A stretch of 64,000 bases of DNA from an uncultured delta proteobacterium (lineage in GTDB: Bacteria > Desulfobacterota > Desulfobaccia > Desulfobaccales > 0-14-0-80-60-11), in the NCBI GenBank assembly GCA_963841475.1, contig CAWJCT010000001.1, positions 613,052 to 677,051 on the forward strand. Reading direction: 5' to 3'. The position numbers and the translations under genes are program-made. Positions within the stretch are counted from its first letter, which is position 1. Each line of letters starts with the position of its first letter. Below are positions 58,586 through 64,000 of this stretch, in pieces. The notes beneath the pieces are model-generated. The model saw only the letters and a list, made by a program, of their open reading frames with translations, had not been told where the DNA came from and searched no databases.

Positions 58586-61015
58586 ATGGGCCCAAAAGGG
58601 CTGTTAGAAGTGGTGTTAGGGGTGGTCGTGGTGTTTGGTTTCTGCCAGGCCGGTTGGACCGGTAATGGCGACATGAACCGGCTGGCCAAGGAAGGCAAGC
58701 AGGCGTATGACGCGGCCAATTACCTCGAGGCCCTGGCCAAGTGGCAACAGGGACTGGAACTGGCGGAAAAATCAATGAATCAACCGGCGGCGGCGGAATT
58801 TTTAGCCAATCTGGGCCTGGCCTATGATGCCCTGGACCAGTATGAGCGGGCTTTGGAAAATGCCCAGGCGGCCCTGGCCATCCACCGGGACCTCAAGGAC
58901 CGCCGGAGCGAAGCGCATGACCGGAATGACCTGGGTGTGGTCTATCGTCACCTGAGCCAGTATGACCGGGCCCTGGAGAATCACCAGCAAGCCCTGGCTA
59001 TCCACCGGGAGTTCAAGGACCTCCGGTTTGAGGGGAATGAACTGATCAACCTGGGCGAGGTGTACTATGACATCGGCCAGTATGAACAGGCCCTGGAATG
59101 TTTCCAGCAGGCCCTGGACATCTTCCGGAAGATCAAGGGCCGCCGGGGCGAGGGGCAGGCCCTGAGCGACATGGACGGGGTGTGCCGTGACTTGGGCCGG
59201 TATGACCAGGCCCTGAAGACCTTACAGGAGAGCCTGAAGATTGGCCAGGAAGTGGGCCATCCGGAAAACCTCTGGAGGGCGCAGCGAGCCCTGGGAGCTG
59301 TGGAGGTCAAACTGGCCAGATATGACCAGGCCATCGATCATTACCAGCAGGCCCTGGATACCATTGAAGGCCTGCGGGCCGGCCTGGACAGCAAGGAAAC
59401 CAAGTCCACCTACATGAAGAACAAGCTCTTTGTCTATGACGAATTAATCGAGCTGCTCAGGTCCCTGCACGGCAAAGATCCGGGTAAAGGCTATGACCGG
59501 GGCGCCCTGGAGATTTTTGAGCGCAAGCAAGGGCGCCTCTTCCTGGAAGAGATGGGCCAGAGCGGCGCCCGGAACTTCGCCGGATTGCCGGAGCAGGTGA
59601 AAAGCCGGGAAAGCGCTTTAGAAAGCCGCCTGGATAAGCTCCAGGCCGACCTGGTTAAGGAGCGGTCCCGGCCCACGGTGGACCAGGCGCGCCACCAAGC
59701 CCTGGAAACCGAGTTGCAGCGGGCCAGGGCAGACTTCCAGGCCCTGAAAGCCGAACTGCAAGCCGGCTACCCCGACTACTTTGCCCTCAAATATCCTCAA
59801 CCCGCCAAGCTGGCCGAACTCCGGACGAAGGTCCTGCAATCCGGGGAGGTCATCATGGTGTACGGGGTCATGCAAGATAAGACCTGCCTGTGGGTAATCG
59901 GCCCGGAGGTCTTCCAGCTCCATACCATACCCGTGGGGGAGGAAGACCTGGGCCGCAAGGTGACTGCCTACCGGCGCCAGGTTTTGAAGACCGAGGGGGA
60001 GGGTGGCGAAGCGGCGGCCCCCCAGGGCCAGGCCGAAAAAGAGCGGGAGCGGCTCCACCATGAATTGTATAGTCTGCTCTTCCCCGCCCCGGTCCCTTCG
60101 GCCCTGCCCGCCGGTTGCCGCCTGTATATTGTCCCCACCGGCCCCTTATATGGCCTGCCTTTCGAGGCCATGGAAACCCAGGCCCCGGGGCAGCCGCCCC
60201 ACTATCTGATAGAGGATTATGCCATCGCCTACCTGTCCTCGGCGTCGCTGCTCAAAACCCTCCGGGAAGCCCAGGCCCGGAAGCAGACCCGACCTGCTTA
60301 TCCCCTCCTGGCCTTTGCCAACCCGCGCTATGGAAAGGTCTCGGGGGACCAGGATAAGGACAAGAAAAGGTCGGTGCGCGATTTGCAAACCCGAGCCTAT
60401 AGAGCGATCCTGGGGGGTACTTTCGAGGAACTGCAGGAAACCGAAGATGAGGCCCGGGCCATCAAAGAGGTGCTCAAGGCCCCGGACCGGAGCAACCCCC
60501 TCCAGGTCAAGGAAGCAGCCTCCCGGAGCACGGTCTTAAACCTGAACCACACCGCCAGGCTGGCGGCTTACCACTACCTGGTGTTTGCCTGTCATGGGGT
60601 CTTGCCCGGTCAAGTGGACCGGGTGGTGCAACCGGCCCTGGTCCTTTCCCATCCCGAAAAGGACGGCTACCTGACCATGGGGGATGTCTTCAGCCTGCAG
60701 CTCAATGCCGATCTGGTATCCCTGTCCGCCTGCAACACCGGGCGAGGCGCCCAGGTCAAGGGCGAAGGGGTGGCGGGCCTGACCCGGGCCTTTATGTACG
60801 CCGGGACCCCGGCGGTGGCGGTCACCCTGTGGTCGATAGAGTCGGAATCCGCCAAGGAGCTGAATGTGGGCATGTACCGCTGCCTCAGCCAGAAGTACGG
60901 CCGGGCCGCGGCCCTGCAGCACATTAAGCTGGCCCTGCTCCGGGGTGAGAAAGGCAAGCAATACTGCGACCCCTTCTTCTGGGCCCCCTTGGTGGTTTTC
61001 GGGGATGGCCAGTAA
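58586..61015 (+). CDS. TPR-repeat CHAT-domain (caspase-like) protease with an N-terminal hydrophobic anchor
   Basis: N-terminal LLEVVLGVVVVFGFC. At least 5 TPR units with 120-bp DNA periodicity (58838-59400). CHAT dyad FACHG and LSACNTG. It starts 14 nt after the rSAM stop. Confidence 0.8.
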   Translation: MGPKGLLEVVLGVVVVFGFCQAGWTGNGDMNRLAKEGKQAYDAANYLEALAKWQQGLELAEKSMNQPAAAEFLANLGLAYDALDQYERALENAQAALAIHRDLKDRRSEAHDRNDLGVVYRHLSQYDRALENHQQALAIHREFKDLRFEGNELINLGEVYYDIGQYEQALECFQQALDIFRKIKGRRGEGQALSDMDGVCRDLGRYDQALKTLQESLKIGQEVGHPENLWRAQRALGAVEVKLARYDQAIDHYQQALDTIEGLRAGLDSKETKSTYMKNKLFVYDELIELLRSLHGKDPGKGYDRGALEIFERKQGRLFLEEMGQSGARNFAGLPEQVKSRESALESRLDKLQADLVKERSRPTVDQARHQALETELQRARADFQALKAELQAGYPDYFALKYPQPAKLAELRTKVLQSGEVIMVYGVMQDKTCLWVIGPEVFQLHTIPVGEEDLGRKVTAYRRQVLKTEGEGGEAAAPQGQAEKERERLHHELYSLLFPAPVPSALPAGCRLYIVPTGPLYGLPFEAMETQAPGQPPHYLIEDYAIAYLSSASLLKTLREAQARKQTRPAYPLLAFANPRYGKVSGDQDKDKKRSVRDLQTRAYRAILGGTFEELQETEDEARAIKEVLKAPDRSNPLQVKEAASRSTVLNLNHTARLAAYHYLVFACHGVLPGQVDRVVQPALVLSHPEKDGYLTMGDVFSLQLNADLVSLSACNTGRGAQVKGEGVAGLTRAFMYAGTPAVAVTLWSIESESAKELNVGMYRCLSQKYGRAAALQHIKLALLRGEKGKQYCDPFFWAPLVVFGDGQ

Positions 61016-61064
61016 GATAGGCGGCTGCCACACCGCCATGGGCCGGGCTTTTGGTGACCCGCGG

Positions 61065-61592
61065 CTAATCCAGGTTGTCCTCATCCTCCGGGATATATTC
61101 CGGCCAATCTCCAGTAGCCGTAGACCCCGGCGTCGGCCAGGTCTCAAGATACTTGCGAAAATTGGTTTGCAGGAAGAAAATGGACGCCGGCGGCAGGGGG
61201 CATTGGGACAGGAGCCAGCCCGAGGTCGCTGGTTTAATGGGTAGGCTCTGGTGACCCCCCGGGGCCGGGCAACTGGCCAGCTGCAGGCGGGAATTTCTGA
61301 GGTTGTTGGCAGCTGGGCGTAAATCCCTGGGGGGGGCCTGCCGGGCACAGGGTTTTGCCGGATCGTCCCAGGGGTTTTCCCGGCCGGGCGCCGGCAACTG
61401 GTGATCCGGCGGTCCGGGATGCTGTCGGCTTGCTACTGCCGCCCCCGGAGGGGAGAGTGGGGAAACGTCCGGCCCCCCGCCGGATTGCCCCCGGGCGGTT
61501 GCGGGAAGCAGCAGCAGGGTGATCAGTCCCAGGAGGATAAAGCCGGGGCCGGCGGCCCCCCACAGAGATTGTTCTCGGCACATTATGGTCAT
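61065..61592 (-). CDS. Pro-rich secreted hypothetical protein
   Basis: 175-aa ORF with a signal-like GFILLGLITLLLLPATARG. No recognisable domain. High GC makes a spurious ORF possible. Confidence 0.3.
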   Translation of the reverse strand: MTIMCREQSLWGAAGPGFILLGLITLLLLPATARGQSGGGPDVSPLSPPGAAVASRQHPGPPDHQLPAPGRENPWDDPAKPCARQAPPRDLRPAANNLRNSRLQLASCPAPGGHQSLPIKPATSGWLLSQCPLPPASIFFLQTNFRKYLETWPTPGSTATGDWPEYIPEDEDNLD

Positions 61593-61832
61593 AGTTGAGC
61601 TCCAGGGCTAAGATTTACTAGCCCTATCGGCGGGACTTAAAATTAACTTTAGCCAGGTTCAAATTTAGTGAAGCGAAGGAGGCTGGTGGCGGCGTGGCGG
61701 CTGGGATGAGGTGATCTCAACCCCCGCTGGGTGCGGAAGGGGATAACCGCACTACTCTTATACCGATTGAGTCTGCATGGAGTTCAGCCTGACGCCTGAT
61801 AAACGTCCATCATGAGGACGTTTCGAGAGCGA

Positions 61833-61943
61833 CCTGAGACCTCTGTTCAAGTCCCTTTAACCTGTCATTCTGAGGGAGTGGAGCGACCGAAGAATCTCAT
61901 AAGTGCGAGAAAAGAGGAGATCCTTCGCTCTGCTCAGGATGAC
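61833..61943. repeat. 111-nt repeat element (family A)
   Basis: CCTGAGACCTCTGTTCAAGTCCCTTTAACCT + GTCATTCTGAGGGAGTGGAGCGACCGAAGAATCTCATAA...GAGATCCTTCGCTCTGCTCAGGATGAC. Reverse-complement match to 11713-11823. Confidence 0.8.
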
Positions 61944-62036
61944 AAAATGGCTTTGTGCGGATCTCTCAATCGGTTATCAGGCGGTTCGGGAGCGTCCGGA
62001 GAGACCGGCAGGTCAGGCCTGACGTCGGAAAAACTC

Positions 62037-62065
62037 TTGACATATTTGCTGGAATTTATTATACA
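62037..62065 (+). promoter_or_regulatory. Sigma70-like promoter for tRNA-Gly
   Basis: TTGACA (62037-62042), 17-nt spacer, TATACA (62060-62065), 17 nt before the tRNA 5' end. Confidence 0.5.
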
Positions 62066-62082
62066 TACTCGTTGAGCATTGA

Positions 62083-62158
62083 GCGGGCATAGCTCAGCTG
62101 GTAGAGTACAAGCTTCCCAAGCTTGGTGTCGCGGGTTCGAATCCCGTTGCCCGCTCCA
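62083..62158 (+). tRNA. tRNA-Gly (anticodon CCC)
   Basis: GCGGGCA/TGCCCGC acceptor stem, AGCTCAGCTGGTAGAGT D-arm, anticodon loop TTCCCAA, GGTTCGAATCC T-arm, encoded CCA. Confidence 0.95.
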
Positions 62159-62431
62159 GCCCCGGGGGCGAGACGGTTGGCGATAGAGGCCAACCGGTCC
62201 GCCGGGGAGACCCGCTTCCCCCATCGCGGTTACCGGCAGTAAGGGGCAGGATGGCCGGCTGACTTTGAGGGTGGAGATAAGTAGTTGCTCTGGGGCGCCC
62301 CGAGATTAATTATTCTTGGAATTTCCCGGAAGTGGGCCGCGGCCCGCTTTTTTTATTGGCCAGGCGGAGCCCGGGAGAAGAATTTGGGAGCAGGACAAAC
62401 CGTGCCAGGAGAAACACAACCGAAGGCAGCC

Positions 62432-62902
62432 ATGATCTCCCGGCTGGAGGAGTTAATCCAGCCCCTGGTGGAATCCCAGGGAGCGGATCTGGTGGAGCTG
62501 CAATACGGCATGCCCAGGCGGGGCCGGGGCGTCCTGAGGCTGTTTGTGGACCGGACCGGGGGCATCAGTATAGAAGAACTGGCCCGCATCAACCGGATGG
62601 TGGGCGGCCTGTTGGAAGTTCATGACGTCATTCCCGGGGCTTACACCCTGGAGGTGTCGTCGCCGGGCCTGACCCGGGCCTTGAAGACGCCCAAGGATTA
62701 TCAGCGATACGTGGGCCGGTTGGTGCGGGTGACCACCCGGGCCCCCTGGGAAGGCCGCCAGGTGCACAGCGGCATCCTCCAGGGCCTGGAAGACGACCAG
62801 GTGAGTCTCAAGGAGGGAGAGAGCGTCGTCTCTATCCCCTTGAGTGAGATCGCCCGGGCCCGGCTGGATCTAGACCTGAAAAAAATGAGCAAGGAGGGCT
62901 AG
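62432..62902 (+). CDS. rimP: Ribosome maturation factor RimP
   Basis: MISRLEELIQPLVESQGADLVELQY...LRLFVDR...YTLEVSSPGLTRALK. Immediately upstream of nusA. Confidence 0.9.
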   Translation: MISRLEELIQPLVESQGADLVELQYGMPRRGRGVLRLFVDRTGGISIEELARINRMVGGLLEVHDVIPGAYTLEVSSPGLTRALKTPKDYQRYVGRLVRVTTRAPWEGRQVHSGILQGLEDDQVSLKEGESVVSIPLSEIARARLDLDLKKMSKEG

Positions 62903-62910
62903 CACCTCTC

Positions 62911-64000
62911 ATGAATCTGGAATTGAAACGGATCATTGACCAGGTAAGCCGCGACAAGGGAATCGATAAGGACCTGCTCGTGGGGGCCATCAAGGACGCC
63001 ATCCGTTCGGCCGCCAAGAAGAAGCACGGGCCGCGCCTGGAAATCGAGGTGGAATACCGGGACGAAACCGGGGAGATCGAGGTCTTTCAATATAAGGAAG
63101 TAGTGGCCGAGGTCAAGGACCCGGGCCAGGAGATTTCCCTGGAAGAGGGCCGTCTACAGGACCCGGAATGCGAGGTGGGCGACAGCCTGGGCTTCAAGAT
63201 GGACGCCTCGGCGTTTGGGCGGATTGCGGCCCAGTCGGCCAAGCAGGTGATCATGCAGCGCATGAAGGACGCCGAGCGGGACCTGGTGTATGAAGACTAC
63301 AAGGACCGCAAAGGCGACATCATGAACGGCATCGTGCAGCGCCTGGACCCCGACGGCATCATCGTCAATTTGGGGCGTACCGAGGCCCTGCTGCCGCCCA
63401 TGGAGCAGGTCCCCCGGGAGATTTACCACAAAGGCGAGCGCATTCGGGCTTATGTCCTGGACGTGAAGCGCCAGACCCGGGGACCCCAGATCATCTTGTC
63501 CCGGACCCATCCCCAGTTCCTGATGGCCCTGTTCAGCGCCGAGGTGCCGGAGATTTCCGAAGGCATCGTCCAGGTTCTGGGCTGCGCCCGGGAGCCTGGC
63601 AGCCGTTCCAAGATTGCGGTATCCTCCCGGGACTCGGACGTGGACCCGGTGGGGGCCTGCGTCGGCATGAAAGGGGCCCGGGTCCAAAATATCGTCCAGG
63701 AGTTGAGGGGCGAGAAGATCGACATCATCCCCTGGCATCCCGACCCGGCCAAGTTTGCTACCAATGCCCTGGCGCCGGCCCAGGTAAGCCGCATCGTCCT
63801 GAGCAAGGAAAGCCAGACCATGGAGGTTATCGTGCCGGATGACCAGTTGTCCCTGGCCATCGGCAAGCGGGGCCAGAATGTGCGGCTGGCCTCCCGGTTG
63901 GTGGGATGGAAAATTGACGTCAAGAGTGAATCCAAGTACTCGAAATCCTTGAAAGAAGGTTATCTCTCGCTGTTGAGCATCCCCGGGGTCGGGGAAATCA
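62911..64000 (+). CDS. nusA: Transcription termination/antitermination factor NusA (3' partial, runs off the window)
   Basis: MNLELKRIIDQVSRDKGIDKDLLVGAIKDAIRSAAKK, S1 domain GDIMNGIVQRLDPDGIIVNLG, KH domain GACVGMKGARVQNIVQELRGEKIDII. There is no stop before 64000. Confidence 0.9.
   Translation, partial: MNLELKRIIDQVSRDKGIDKDLLVGAIKDAIRSAAKKKHGPRLEIEVEYRDETGEIEVFQYKEVVAEVKDPGQEISLEEGRLQDPECEVGDSLGFKMDASAFGRIAAQSAKQVIMQRMKDAERDLVYEDYKDRKGDIMNGIVQRLDPDGIIVNLGRTEALLPPMEQVPREIYHKGERIRAYVLDVKRQTRGPQIILSRTHPQFLMALFSAEVPEISEGIVQVLGCAREPGSRSKIAVSSRDSDVDPVGACVGMKGARVQNIVQELRGEKIDIIPWHPDPAKFATNALAPAQVSRIVLSKESQTMEVIVPDDQLSLAIGKRGQNVRLASRLVGWKIDVKSESKYSKSLKEGYLSLLSIPGVGEI

Noticed and set aside
58838-59400. 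Regular 120-bp repeats that could be mistaken for a CRISPR-like or tandem-repeat array
   Set aside because: The periodicity equals three TPR-type 40-residue units inside an intact ORF. The units are diverged at third positions. There are no spacers and no cas genes.

Overview
High-GC bacterial chromosomal segment. Gene content and repeat families suggest an anaerobic Desulfobacterota-type organism, but that is inference only. I support about 50 protein genes, one tRNA, several repeat families and a few regulatory RNAs or sites. Order along the window: rnr (5' partial), histidine phosphatase, a small ORF divergent from a cation:proton antiporter-MFS operon, ssb, HEAT-repeat protein, pirin, Tat-signal metallophosphoesterase, livF and paaK, an integrase relic, then a visibly lower-GC block (Cache/PAS histidine kinase, orphan solute-binding protein, second PAS kinase, receiver, DUF116, DUF72). 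This is followed by DUF202, HAD, MarC, two leaderless sulfatases plus an anSME maturase, an OMP, amidase, PrsW, LivK-type SBP, MgtA-like P-type ATPase, the alpha-2-macroglobulin-pbpC pair, SPOR, EF-hand lipoprotein, hemB, S2P-CBS protease, patatin, a MEMO-CapA fusion, a peptide/radical-SAM/TPR-CHAT operon, tRNA-Gly, rimP and nusA (3' partial). The two best leads are as follows. (1) 55.1-61.0 kb holds a tight operon: a Tat-signal peptide with repeated P-Y-G-D-S-A motifs, one canonical radical-SAM/SPASM enzyme, two degenerate SPASM-type paralogs and a TPR-CHAT protease. It looks like an undescribed RiPP-like maturation system. (2) 3.53-3.79 kb carries a fluoride (crcB-motif) riboswitch signature with a matching pseudoknot and an overlapping terminator. 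It is interrupted by a ~100-nt inserted helical domain and sits in front of an antiporter whose C-terminal domain is also encoded as a free-standing divergent ORF. Caveat: many genes need +/-1 frame corrections (rnr, ssb, pirin, livF, paaK, marC, one sulfatase, anSME, mgtA, A2M, pbpC, one rSAM). Their distribution is very uneven and I cannot tell sequencing or assembly indels from true pseudogenes without reads. All calls come from reading the translated ORFs and the DNA by eye; no searches were run.
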